This document shows positions 1 to 55,400 of a DNA stretch of 64,000 bases, piece by piece. Location of the stretch: NCBI RefSeq assembly GCF_001194135.2, contig NC_068984.1, positions 132,848,215-132,912,214 of the forward strand, in the 5' to 3' direction. The notes beneath the pieces are model-generated. The model ran no database searches. It was given only the letters and a program-made list of their open reading frames with translations, and had not been told where the DNA came from. Origin of the DNA: Octopus bimaculoides (lineage: Eukaryota). The position numbers and the translations under genes were made by a program. Each line of letters starts with the position of its first letter. The stretch's first letter is position 1.

Positions 1-69
1 ATATAATAAGCAAACAGTGTTGTCATGGAAAGTACAAGTTAAAAGTTTTGATAATCCAGCACTTTCTTA

Positions 70-43576
<43,507 letters not shown>

Positions 43577-44029
43577 ATTCGAAGGGAAATCCCTGTAGCT
43601 GTCCTAGGTGAGAAAAGGGAGACTTGGTAGTGATCGTCGTCGTCCTGTCTTCTCGCCAAATTTGTTTTACAAAACTGCGGTGTTTCCAAACGATTTAATC
43701 TTAGTCTTTTGGCACAGAAGCCTGAACTACAACTACAGAATAATGATAGAGGTGGAGACGGCGACACTTGATGCTGCTATGGTGGTAGTATATGTGTTAG
43801 TGAAGCAGTGGGAGGAGATTCGCTTTGCTTTATTTGTCTGGCTCCGACTCTGCGTTGACTTCTCATCACATCCGGGCACCATATATATCTATACATATAT
43901 ATATATATGTGTATACATACATATACATACACACATGTGCGCGCTCGCGCACATATACACACACGCACACTGAACTCGTCGCTATTGCGCAGACGTTAAC
44001 ATTGATAACTTCCTTTTTACGCTGGCAAA
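43577..44029. promoter_or_regulatory. Shared bidirectional promoter and 5' leaders of calcineurin B and EF1-gamma
   Basis: Divergent start codons 453 bp apart; 28 CpG in 43501-44100; palindrome ATGTGCGCG-ct-CGCGCACAT at 43935-43954. Confidence 0.8.
44009..44018 (+). promoter_or_regulatory. TCT / 5'TOP-like initiator of EF1-gamma
   Basis: CTTCCTTTTT ending 12 nt upstream of the ATG; typical of translation-factor and ribosomal-protein genes. Confidence 0.7.
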
Positions 44030-44041
44030 ATGGCGAGTGGG
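44030..44041 (+). CDS. EEF1G: EF1-gamma exon 1 (MASG)
   Basis: AAAATGGCGAGTGGG|GTGCGT, 12 nt, phase 0. Confidence 0.88.
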
Positions 44042-47000
44042 GTGCGTTTTGAATCATGTTCCTATTCTCATCCGGTTTCTGTTTGGCAATCATTCTTTAA
44101 TTTCATTTTCTAATCATATTGTTGCAATTTTCTATTCCAGTGTTATATATTTTTATAATTATTTTCATAATCCATTGTGTTTCAGACCCTTTATACTTAT
44201 CCGGATAATTTCCGAGCTTACAAAATCCTCATTGCCGCAAAATACAGCGGTGCAAACTTGACAGTTGCATCATCTCCGCCGGCTTTCCAGTTTGGAGAAA
44301 CTAATAAATCCAACGTGTTTTTGGAGAAATTCCCTCTTGGAAAAGTATATACATTTCTTTTTCACCTTTAGACATATTCGGGGAAACTTATTTTTGTATA
44401 ACATTCAGTTCATAACATCAGCAAATGTTCAGTGTGTTCGTGTATGATACGTATGTATGCATGTGTGTATATATATGTATCCATGTAAATTTGTCTGCAT
44501 GTGTGTAATCGAATTGCAAAAAGAAGTCATTGAGAAGATTACAGTTCTTCATTGATTCTGTGCTCTTGTTACACGTCATAGTTCTTTCGGCACTATCATG
44601 CTATTGTGTTCAGTCATGGCTTTATTTCGTTTTCATAGTCGACCAAGAACTATTTTATAACTGATACATATTTGTGTGACGTTGATCACTAAGTATGTTG
44701 CATGTTACTATTCCTAGAAATCTAGGAATTGCCATTTTGCTAAAGTCCAGTATGGAATAACTGTCTTAGAGTGATTGAAAAATACACCTTGCGAATGGTT
44801 ATCATTTTCACAAAATTTCTTCCTCAAATAAGAATTACATTGATATACATAAAACTTGCCCAGTTTGAGCAAATAAGGAATATCTTCCCTGAGGACTAGT
44901 AACCCAATTGTATGACTTGGTGAATATCTGCAATTGACATGGCCTCCCCAATTTTTTTTTTTTTTTACAAAAGATTTTTCTTTAAAAAAAGAAAGCGATC
45001 TTTGGGATTTGTTGGTGTGGAAAAAGTCGCCCAGGTTACTTCCTCAACGACTCTTGCGAAGCCAGCAGGGGATGCAAAGGTTCAACCGATGTGCGGGATG
45101 CTGGGTAGTTTCTAGTATACATAGAAATAATGTCGGCATTGAATTCTGAAATTCATTGAGATACGAAGTGAAATTCAATGTGAGTTGAGTGTGTCCCAGG
45201 CTGGCAGTCTCATACAACAATACTGTGAGTATAATGGTAACCTAAGAAAACTGGGTAAAAAAACTCATGTCGATGTATATTGCTTAATATATGTTTATTC
45301 AGAGAAACAAATTTGATGATGATTTCCTCTTTGTATTACCATGTGTATTATTTTTCTTCAGGTCCCTGCTTTTGAATCATCAACAGGGGAATGCTATTTT
45401 GAAAGTAATGCAATTGCTCATCTTGGTAAGTCTAATATTTCAGTTGATTCCCTGAACCCTGCATTTTCTTGTTTATATATGAATCTATAATGTATATAAC
45501 CTCTATTTTTTAGTGGGATCTGCTCAGTTAAGAGGTACTTCTGTTGAAGATGCTACTTGTATCCTTCAGTGGATCAACTTTGCTGATAATGAGATCTTGC
45601 CTGCATCTTGCACATGGGTATATCCATGTCTTGGCATTATTCAGTTCAACAAGCAGGTATGAAACTAATACTTGAAAAAATTGTTCTATGACTGGAAGTT
45701 TTTCTAATGTTTCCCCATAATTAAAATTAAATAAAATACAGTGAAACTTGAGGGGCTATGCTAGTGAATGTCACCTGTCATGTTTTTGTAAATGGGTATT
45801 TAGTTCTGTATTTCTGTATAGCCTGGCTGATTTCAAATGTTTTACATTCTTCTGGATCAAGTCTGATTTAGTGTACAATTATTTTAATAAACCAAGTACT
45901 CAAAAGCTTATAAAAAGGTACTTGTGTCTTTGGGGGGAAACTAAGAGTTAAGAAGTGAGACTATTTGGTTTCAAGATGAATTTTTACCATAAACATTTGG
46001 CTGTTATATATTAATTCAGGTTACTGAATGATGCTAACTCTAAAATAAAAGTTCTTGCTATTTATGTAAATCTCTGAAACCTATCATACACCAATGGGTG
46101 AGATTTTTATGTGAATCTTCTGTTTCAGGATGTTTATTGTTTTAATGTCCATCCACTTTTTCATGCTTGCATGGGTCAGTTTATTGAGACAAAATTTCTC
46201 TGGCTTGATGCCCTTTTTGTCACCAATCCTCAGCTGTTTCTATGTAAGGAAACACTTCTCCATGACCAGGCAATGTTTTTGCAGAATATGGAAATGAATG
46301 ATATTGTTTGTATGATAGTAACACTCATGACTATCTTGATGTTGAAGACAAGGAAACAAACTCACATATATGTAGATGTATGCCAGGTTTTTTTTCAGTT
46401 TTTATCTTTCAAGTCCACTCACAAGGGTTTGGTCAATTCAGTACTAGTAGCAGACACTTGCCCAAAGTGTTACGCCTTGAGACTGAACCCAAAACCATGT
46501 GATTGAGAAGCAAACTTAACCATACAGCCACGTCTGTGTCTGTCTTCTGTGTTTTTATTTGAATTTAACATGAGTATTTAATACATGACAATACAAGGTT
46601 CATGTTGTTTTATGTGTATTTAGTAGTTAATTCTAATTTCATTTTTGATTCTAGGCAGTGAGAGAGATGTAGTTTCATAGCTTTGGTGGACTGGTATGCA
46701 ACTTGTAGATATAGTGACCTTTTTTAAAAGAAATATAACTCAAACAATTAGATGATATGTATGTCCTGATTAAAAAATTGGTTGCTCCACTAATTAACAG
46801 TATGAAGAAGCTTAAAATTAAGTAAATTTATTGTATTTTAGTTCCTTTCATCCTGCTCAATCTACTTATATTCTCTGTCCTGTAACTTGGGGGGGGGGGG
46901 GATACTTGGAAAGAAATCTTTCCAACTGGTAATAACCATGTATTTTGCCTAGAGCAAGACACCTGTTCCTGTCCCTTGAATGTCTCACGACTATAATCCA

Positions 47001-50000
47001 TCCTAGTTTGTGACTGCTGGTGCCATGTGAAAACTACTCAGTACATTCTGTAAAGTGGTTGGCATTAAGAAGGGTATCTAGCTGTAGAATGCCAAAGCAG
47101 ACAGTTTGGTGCAGTTTTTTTTTTTACTTGCTGGCTCCTGTTGAGCCGTCCAACCCATGTCATCATGAAAAACATTAAATGATGGTGATAACAGGGAGGG
47201 TGCCTTTTATGCATGGGGGTATGTAGTGGAGTTTCATGGGTAAAGGTTTCTATGAAACCTTATGATTGATTAAAAAATTATATTATAACACTTTGTTTTT
47301 TCTATTTTACAGGAAACTGAAAAGGCCAAGGAACAAATCAAGAAAGTATTGACTGTTCTCAATCAGCATCTACAAACACGTACATTCTTAGTAGGTGAAA
47401 AAATCAGTCAGGCTGATATTACTGTATGTTGCAATATGTTGCAGCTCTATAAGCTGGTAAGCACTTGTTATAAGCTATGACATTCTCCTAATTGATGTTG
47501 TGCCTGAATAATGATTGATGGAATAATACATTTTTTTAAATGTAAAAATTTAATGTACTTCGTTAACGGTTGCTTAGTCACATATTTTTATCGTTTTAAA
47601 ATCTATTTTTCCATTGGGTGACAGCCCTCACCAGTTTTCATTAGTCAGTTGGTAAAATGTCGATTAGCTTTCGAGGAACTGGATTGAATTATTATTATTA
47701 TTTTTTTTTTTTTTTTTTGCTGTAGCTGATTGTACAGTATTGCTTGTTTAACACCAGGTCAACTGATATCATATGCATTCCGGCCTGGATAGTCCTGTGT
47801 TTTTAACAGTGTTCGGGGCTGCATTATGAAATGTCCTTTCCTTATTGAAAAAAAATGGGTTATTTGAGAGGAATTTAGTTGTATGGTACAAGGTTGTGAG
47901 CACCTGGAATATAATTTAAAATATTTGGCTATTTTAATAATTTATGTACGGGAGACAACTCTAAACATGTTTTAGTCTTATTTGATTTCTGTGAAGGAAA
48001 ATCTAAATGTGTATATTTAAAAAATAATACGCACATTATTCAGATTATGAAATGTAGCAGTTGATTTTGAGATGTTACTTTTGAAATACTAATTTTCTAG
48101 CTAGGTGGGTGTCCATATTTATTATATTGTATGAAGTTTAAATCAAGATTGAATGCTTAGATTCCATGTTAAAACATTAATATGTAATGAATTATTAACT
48201 GTTTATTGATAAGGGTGTTCAGTATATTTTTAATTTCCCCATCACGATTTTAAATTCTATTGTGAAAAGTTTATTGAAGTTGAATTTTTACAGTGATTGA
48301 TACTTAATTGTGACTTTTTTTGCCTTAGGTTCTAGACCCTGAATTCCGTAAAAGTTACATAAATGTTAATAGGTGGTTTACTACCATGATCAATCAGCCT
48401 CAAGTGAAATCTGTTATTGGGACTTTTAGTTTCTGTACTAAGATGGCACAATTTGATGGTAAGATATGCTTCTATTTGCTGTATTTTAAAACTAACCTAT
48501 GTAGCAATTTTTTTAGTTCTTAGTTTCTCCTGTTCTGTCAATAGTTGTAAAATTTATTTTATAAGCTAAAAAAACGTTCTCATTACTGAATATTAATGGG
48601 TTCTGGTGGTAAAATGTTTTAATGTTCTCCCAACTTTTTCCAAATGTTTATCAGCTAAGAAGTATGCAGAAATCCATGGTCAGGGAAAGAAGGAAAAGAA
48701 AGAGAAACAACCAAAGGTTGAAAAAGCTCCTCCAAAACCTAAAGTAAGTATCCATTTTGTCTTGTTCCTTTAAACATGTTGAAGTGGTTGTTCCTCGTTT
48801 TGATATATTTAGTAACTCGTTCTAAAGGAAATGACTGCTCGTTTATTGCAGTAAAAGTGTTTGTGCTCTCTCGTTTGCAAATGTCCACTTACTTGTCTCC
48901 CTTCTCGGGTCAGTATTTAATCATGAAATTGTGATTAATGTAATTACAATCAACTTGGTTTTGCTTATCAGGGAAGGAAACAACCTTGATGTACAAATGG
49001 TTTAGATAGCTCATGCTCAGTTTGGATGTAAATTTTGGGCGAAATTTTCTGTGCAGTTATCTGGATAATTTGTAAATATTGTCTGTTCTAATTGTTGAAT
49101 GAGGTGTATTTGAGGTTTGTTGTTAGCAATTGCTCAGAAGTGGAGCATGAATGCTCAGTTTGACAAACACCTATTTTCTAAAAGTGTTCATGAAATTTCG
49201 ATGTAACAACTGTTTGATGATTTGATGTATCAGAATGAAGATTTTGTTTTAGTAGCATAACTGATTATACTTTCTGTTTTAGGAACCGAAAGCAGGATCT
49301 GGTGACGAGTTAGAAGCACCACCAGCACCCAAAAGAGAAGATCCGTTTGCTAAGCTCGATAAAGGGTAAGAGAAACTTATTACTCTGTTAATGAACTAAA
49401 ATTTCTAAAAAGAATATTTCTTGTGTATTTAAAGAATCAATTTGAACATAGGCATTTTATTCAGATTACAGTTGAGAAGTTATCTAACCTGAATATGTTC
49501 ATCTAGAGTTAAGCATAAACTATTAAACTTTTATTTTGAGTGTTAAGTCTTTGATAATCTCGATTTTTCTTCAATAACCTATTACATTTGGTGTAATGGC
49601 TGTCAACTTCACTAAAATCCTGCAACACTTTGTACATTTGCTTATTCTATTAATGTATTGAAGTCCTTGTTTTAATCCCTTTTGTCTGTATTGAGCACAA
49701 CTATTCCTCTGTTGGTATTGTATTCTTATTTGTTTTATTTCAGGACTTTCAACATGGATGAGTTCAAGCGTTCATATTCCAACAATGACACAAAAACTGT
49801 TGCCCTTCCATACTTCTGGGAACATTTTGATAAACAACATTATTCCATCTGGCTTTCAGAATACAAATATGATTCTGAGTTGACTTATGTCTTTATGTCA
49901 GCTAATTTGATCAGAGGTGAGATATTTGCCTTCTCTTTTTCTGTTTAGCTCATTTGCATTTAAACTGGCTTTATCAGGCTCAAGTATTCTACCTGTTTTA

Positions 50001-51735
50001 TATTCACACACTGACCAGATCCAGTTTCTCACACTTTCCTCTTACGATGTCATTCTTTAAAATGGTCACATCAAAATTTCATAGCTATAAGATAATGTAA
50101 GCATTGCATTTATCAGTAATCTGAATGCTAAAGGATGAAATTTTACATTGCATTTGGTGTGCAGTAGTGTTGATTATAGTTTGCCAATGGGCCAGCCAAC
50201 ACTTCGCTGTGTTTACAAGTTTTCTGACCTAATAGGCGCAGGAGTGGCTGTGTGGTAAGTAGCTTGCGTGCCAACCACATAGTTCCAGGTTCAGTCCCCC
50301 TGCTTGGCACCTTGGGCAAGTGTCTTCTACTAGAGCCTCGGGCCGACCGAAGCCTTGTGAATGGATTTGGTAGACGGAAACTGAAAGAAGCCCGTCGTAT
50401 ATATGTATATATATGTGTGTGTCTGTGTTTGTCCCCCCCTCCTACCATCGCTTGACAACCGATGCTGGTTTGTTTACGTCCCCGTAACGTAGCGGTTCGG
50501 CAAAAAGAGATCAATAGAATAAGTACTAGGCTTACAAAGAATAAGTCCTTGATTTTCTCGACTAAAGGCGGTTCTCCAGCATGGCTGCAGTCAAATGACT
50601 GAAACAAGTAAAAGAGTATTGCTGATTTGCATCAGTGGAAGATATTCAAATACACACACACACATATAGTAGGCTTTTGGAGCAGTTTCTTTCTATTGAG
50701 ATTATGAAAGAAAACACTATTTCAAGATGTCATGCAGCAGGTCAAATCATGTAGTTGTGGAGCAAACTTAACCACATGGAGATAGTCTCCCTCTATTGTG
50801 ACAAGATTATATGTGGTTCAGTTAAGCCTGTTTACTCGAATATGTTATCCCTTTTTATAGCCAGCTTGATTTTAATTTAGAAATTGAATGTGAGATCTTC
50901 AACTTTTTTTTTTTTTGTAGGAGCATATGAACTGATTTAAATTACAAAATATATTGTGAGTTACAACCATCACAAATCAAGCGATTCTGAAATAGCTGTT
51001 GGTTAGACATGATGAAGCCTCTAATAAGAGAACACTATATTGCCCAGTTCTATTCTTCCAGTTTGTGATTATTAAATGTGGTGTTTAGTGGATTAATTCT
51101 CATTTCAGGGTTGTTTTTATAAATGCATAATCTATTTACTTTAAACATTTTTTTTTTTAATAGGAATGTTCCAGCGTTTAGAAAAACTAAATAAACAATG
51201 TTTTGCTAGTGTCCTTATATTTGGTGAAGATACAAAGAATTCTATCTCTGGTATATGGATCTGGCTTGGTCATGAACTAGTTTTTAATGTAAGTTGCTTG
51301 ATTTTCTTAAATATTTCTTATCTTTCCCCATTACAGTGATAAATGTCTGTGCTTCATTCTACATTAGTCCTTGATGTGAACTGGTGACCAGGCATGTGGA
51401 AGCCTCTTAATAGAACTTATTAAATACTGTTTGTATCATTGTGTGTAATGTAAAGCATTTTGACGTAAACGATTCTTATGCTATATGCAGTTATTATTTG
51501 TACATTGATTTATTTTTGTTAAAATTTTGATAGCTGCTTAATAGAACTGTAATAACTTGAAATATTTGTTTACTATTTTCAGCTCTCTCCAGATTGGGAA
51601 GTGGATTACGATTGTTATAACTGGAAGAAATTGGACCCAGACAGTCCGGAAACAAAAACACTTGTTGATGAATATCTTAGTTGGGAGGGAAATTTTGGTG
51701 GTAAAAAGGTAAACCAAGGCAAGATATTTAAATAA
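44030..51735 (+). CDS. EEF1G: Elongation factor 1-gamma, whole gene: join(44030..44041,44186..44344,45362..45425,45514..45656,47313..47456,48329..48458,48655..48743,49283..49365,49744..49916,51164..51288,51583..51735), 1275 nt, 424 aa
   Basis: [26 protein letters not shown]...; GST-like N domain, Lys-rich linker, C domain ([10 protein letters not shown]...[10 protein letters not shown]...NQGKIFK*); all GT-AG, phases consistent. Confidence 0.97.
44186..44344 (+). CDS. EEF1G: EF1-gamma exon 2
   Basis: [13 protein letters not shown]...EKFPLGK; 159 nt. Confidence 0.96.
45362..45425 (+). CDS. EEF1G: EF1-gamma exon 3
   Basis: [21 protein letters not shown]; 64 nt. Confidence 0.95.
45514..45656 (+). 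CDS. EEF1G: EF1-gamma exon 4
   Basis: [47 protein letters not shown]; 143 nt. Confidence 0.95.
47313..47456 (+). CDS. EEF1G: EF1-gamma exon 5
   Basis: [48 protein letters not shown]; 144 nt. Confidence 0.95.
48329..48458 (+). CDS. EEF1G: EF1-gamma exon 6
   Basis: [43 protein letters not shown]; 130 nt. Confidence 0.95.
48655..48743 (+). CDS. EEF1G: EF1-gamma exon 7 (linker)
   Basis: [30 protein letters not shown]; 89 nt. Confidence 0.92.
49283..49365 (+). CDS. EEF1G: EF1-gamma exon 8 (linker)
   Basis: [27 protein letters not shown]; 83 nt. Confidence 0.92.
49744..49916 (+). CDS. EEF1G: EF1-gamma exon 9
   Basis: [29 protein letters not shown]...FMSANLIR; 173 nt. Confidence 0.96.
49945..50138. 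mobile_element. piggyBac-type MITE family A, decayed, in EF1-gamma intron 9
   Basis: Reverse homolog of 57186-57408 ending GAATGCTAAAGG. Confidence 0.62.
50235..50617 (+). mobile_element. SINE family 1, young copy in EF1-gamma intron 9
   Basis: Full head to tail with many CpGs retained. Confidence 0.9.
51164..51288 (+). CDS. EEF1G: EF1-gamma exon 10
   Basis: [41 protein letters not shown]; 125 nt. Confidence 0.96.
51583..51735 (+). CDS. EEF1G: EF1-gamma exon 11 (terminal)
   Basis: [36 protein letters not shown]...NQGKIFK*; 153 nt. Confidence 0.96.
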   Translation, partial: LSPDWEVDYDCYNWKKLDPDSPETKTLVDEYLSWEGNFGGKKVNQGKIFK

Positions 51736-51768
51736 ACACTATATATCATTGTCAAAGTAAAATCAAGT

Positions 51769-51779
51769 AATAAAATAAA
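51769..51779 (+). terminator. EF1-gamma polyadenylation signals
   Basis: Overlapping AATAAA at 51769-74 and 51774-79 (another overlaps the stop, 51731-36), followed by T/GT-rich sequence; implies a very short 3'UTR. Confidence 0.65.
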
Positions 51780-53340
51780 ATGACTGAATTGTATATATAT
51801 TTCTTTATCTTTTGTGGCATTTGCATCTGAGATTTTCATTTGCGAACTTTGTGATGGTTGGGGTATTCTGAACAGTTTTTTGAGGGAGAGAAATGTGTCT
51901 GGGCGACTATGAGATCTTTCTTTGAGTGTAAGAATCTGCCAGTCTTCCGCATAGCAGAAATTTTCCTAAGTTGGATGAATCTTGGTAAATCATTGAGGTA
52001 AGATGTAAAGCTTGCCTTTGATGAAATAGGCTGATGGAAATGCATATGGTGATATACTCTCTCAGAACAAGATGTCTATTTACAATGGACCTGGTAAATA
52101 GATACGTTTATTGATGAGCTTAAAATATTTCTTGCTTTAACATTTCAGGTAAGCTAAACAGTGAAAAGAAATAAGAATTTGAAGATAGGTTATATAATTT
52201 TAAAATGCAATACTCTTATTGTTGCTCGTCTTGTAGAAACTTACTGTTAGTCCTGTAGACAGGTGAAAAGGAGTCAGTGTGTGTTGATTCTTTCTTTTTT
52301 TTTTTTGTAAGAAAAATAATACTTAAAATTTTAGAAAGATAAAAAGAAAAACTCAACATGGTAGGTTCACAGCTTCAACCGTTATTCAGACTAGCGATAG
52401 ACTTTTGAGACTATTGACCATATTCTGGATCCCTTCTGTAACCGTTGAAGTACACTGCCTTGTAAATTTCATTTAGCATGAAATTTTGATGGAATAATTA
52501 AAATTTACTTCACTTCAAAAGAACCTGGAGTAATTTCAGGTAGGGTGGCATGAAAAGCATCAATCTTCATTAGTTTTTGTGTAATGTATGTACAGGATTT
52601 ATCTGTACATGGGATATACATATGCACCGTCTTATGCATGCTTTTAGGGCATGTGGGAGGGGCAGTGAAATTCTGGAAAAAAACCCCAGAAAACACTGCT
52701 GTCTTTATGAATTAACTGCAATAAAATTGGTAAAGTTCACAAATCAGTACAGAAGATGGCCAGTGAAGGGTGTAAAAAATGCTGTAGAGTCAACATTGTG
52801 GAGATAACAGTTGCATTCATTTTCTTAATTTAAAAAAAATTTTGATAGTGACTGCATTTCTTATAGTGAGATACACATGGTTGTGTTGCTACAGAAGAAG
52901 GTATCATTTGAAAGCATATTTATAAAACACCTTAATTATTTTGATATTGAAAGTATTTATGACATGGGACTCAATTTTAACAGGTATCGTAGCACAGAGA
53001 CAAAAGTACATTTTGTCCTTTTGCTATTTTTGGTTTATCATGAATTATTTTGATATTAGTTAAATAGGTATCCATCTATATTGATATGACCTGACGAAGG
53101 TACACTTACGAAATATAACAAGCACTTTCGTAAAAAACTAACATTTATTGCTATTTTTAAACGATTGCTCTTGAGTTAACTGGGACGAGATATTTGGACC
53201 TTCCTAAATGTGGCATATGAAGATAGGAACAGGAATGGTGACATTTCATGTGTATAATTTACAGTCCTAATTTTTAAGTATATGTGTATACATTTAGCAA
53301 TCTCTATATTGGTGTAGTTGTGTATTTGTAATGCTTTTAA

Positions 53341-53544
53341 CCCTTTCATTACCAAACTGGCTCTGAGTACAAATGTCTTGTTTTCATAAGTTTTGAATTA
53401 AAATCTTCCACCAAACCCTAGTCACAATTTATGTTCCTAACACTAGCTGAATGATAACTAAGTTATTTTATTAGATTCTTTGTTATATTTAAAATAATTG
53501 AAAGAAAAACAGAGCATCTCAAAATAAATACAGTAACAAAAGGG
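53341..53544. mobile_element. piggyBac-type MITE family B
   Basis: TTAA-CCCTTT...AAAGGG-TTAA (53337-40, 53545-48). Confidence 0.8.
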
Positions 53545-55106
53545 TTAACTTAATGTCTTTGTGCTGTAATCGTTTTATTTCAAGCACCCACCTCTCCTGT
53601 TTCAACCACTCAACTCATTTAATTCACACTTCTTTTTATTATTACTTCATGACTGCAGTATTGGCTTCTGAATTCTTTTCTTTCCAAAGGAAGACAGAGT
53701 CCATCATATTTGGGGATTTTCACTGAAGCAAATAACATAAGAATCTGGATCTTTTCTCTTCTGTGGATGTTTCTCATTAGTTGGAAAGGTACTCTATTTC
53801 AAGCCTGCGTGTTCTGAACCATTAGGGCATACATTTGTTGACAGACATACAAACTTTATCACATCTACTTCATACCAACTGTTCTCAGTATTATAAATGT
53901 GGTTAGGGGAGAAACTAATGAATGTAAATATTGCAAGTTGTAAAAAAAATCTCTTAGCCTAAAAATAACTTTATGAACCCAGTGGATTTTTTTTTTCTTT
54001 TTTAAGAAATTAAAACGGTTGTCTTGTGGATTTATAACAGATTTTTACAGCACAATGTGTACTGAATAAGGGTAAGTCTGTTACTGTATAGTTAGATGCT
54101 TAGGGAGGGGTGTGTGGGGTGCTGCAGTTAAGTAGCTGATTTGTTTGTAGAAATGTAAGTTGAGCTCCTGATTGCAGTAAACAGTTATCGCTAAATAACT
54201 TGAAATACTTTCTCTTCAAAGAAATGAGTTTTATAGGCCAAGGTAAAAAAAAAAAAAATTGCATAGAACCCTCTGGAAACATCTGGTTCTTTGTTCCATC
54301 TCCCACTGCTGTGAGAAAAGTAAATACTGTTAGAATGTTACTACATTGTAAGTTACATTCTTAGATCTGGTATAGTTTTGTAACACCTAAGAAGGGAATT
54401 CATAATTTGGTGTCCTTAGCAAGCTTGATGTGTCTGTCAAGTCTCCCCCTTACGATATATCCTCCTAACACCCCTTTCCTCTACTTTTGTCCATTCACTA
54501 GTCCCTCCTCTCCATCTCCCACTTTCCTTTCAGTCTTGCAAACTTGCCCACCAGCTCACTTTATCCAACCCTTGTTTGTTGTTACTTACATACACCTCTC
54601 TACCCATCACATCACCTCCATCCAACTGAGGTAATTGTATATCTTCTGGAAGATATCTATTTCTGTACTTCTATTCATACTCTAACCTCTCGTCACCTGG
54701 TACAAAACCACCTTCCTCAATATTATTCCTCCTCTCAGTTGTCTTGCAAATGACTTGGTGATCTCACTGCTGCTGATACCATGTGAAAAAAGCCACCAGT
54801 ACACTCTAAAGTCGTTGGCATTAGGAAGGGCTTACAGCAGCAGAGCTTGGTGCAGTCTTCTGACTTGCCAGCTCCTGTCAAACTGTCCAACCCATGCCAG
54901 CATAGGAGAATGTTAAATAATGTTGATGAGAAACTCAAAGCTATATAATGTTTTCAGGATATAGGCTCGCTTATATACCAACGTGGTGATATCAAATTCC
55001 TATTCAATGTAACTTCTGATAGGGTAGATACCAAGTTTGCACAGGACCATGCATGGTTCAACAACGTTGTGGTCTGAGAGTGCTGTTAGTGTAACCTTCA
55101 CTAAAT

Positions 55107-55400
55107 ATGTCCCTGAAGGAAAGGCCAGCACACTGTCAAACAAGATTCCCAGAGACAAAAAAATCCTCACGAGACAGGTCGAAGATCTCAAAGCAGCTGA
55201 ATAGACAACTGACGGATAGAAAGAAATCTGTCTTAACACAGATGCCAGAAATTGAAAGCAAGATCAAACTCTCTCATGAAAGGGAAAAAGCAGAGAGAGA
55301 GAGAAGGGCTGTGGAAAGCATAAAAACAAATCCCAAAGCTTTCTGTAAATTTGCACAGGAAACAGCTACAATACAATATAAAATAGGACCATTGTTCCAA
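55107..55400 (+). mobile_element. LINE ORF2 fragment (between endonuclease and RT)
   Basis: ERRAVESIKTNPKAFCKFAQETATIQYKIGPL, resembling CR1-like IKxNPKxF...IGPL; truncated both sides. Confidence 0.65.

Noticed and set aside
46020-46082. C/D-box-like ATGATGC...CTGA in EF1-gamma intron 4 (also ATGATGA at 51009 and TTGATGA at 49214)
   Set aside because: Imperfect or unpaired boxes, wrong spacing, no rRNA antisense element recognised
51351-51507. H/ACA-like layout in EF1-gamma intron 10 (ATAGAA, ACA 78 nt from the acceptor)
   Set aside because: H box is 6 nt off the stem, and the second pocket collapses by self-pairing
51800-52560. Several donor-like sites (GAG|GTAAGA, CAG|GTAAGC, CAG|GTAGG) downstream of EF1-gamma
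   Set aside because: No coherent exon or open frame; expected by chance
53070-53135. CCTGACGAAGG...CGAAA, reminiscent of Penelope-associated hammerhead cores
   Set aside because: Stem I is only 1 bp, stem II needs a 2-nt insertion, and a competing TTACGAAA/TTTCGTAA hairpin exists; at most a decayed terminus
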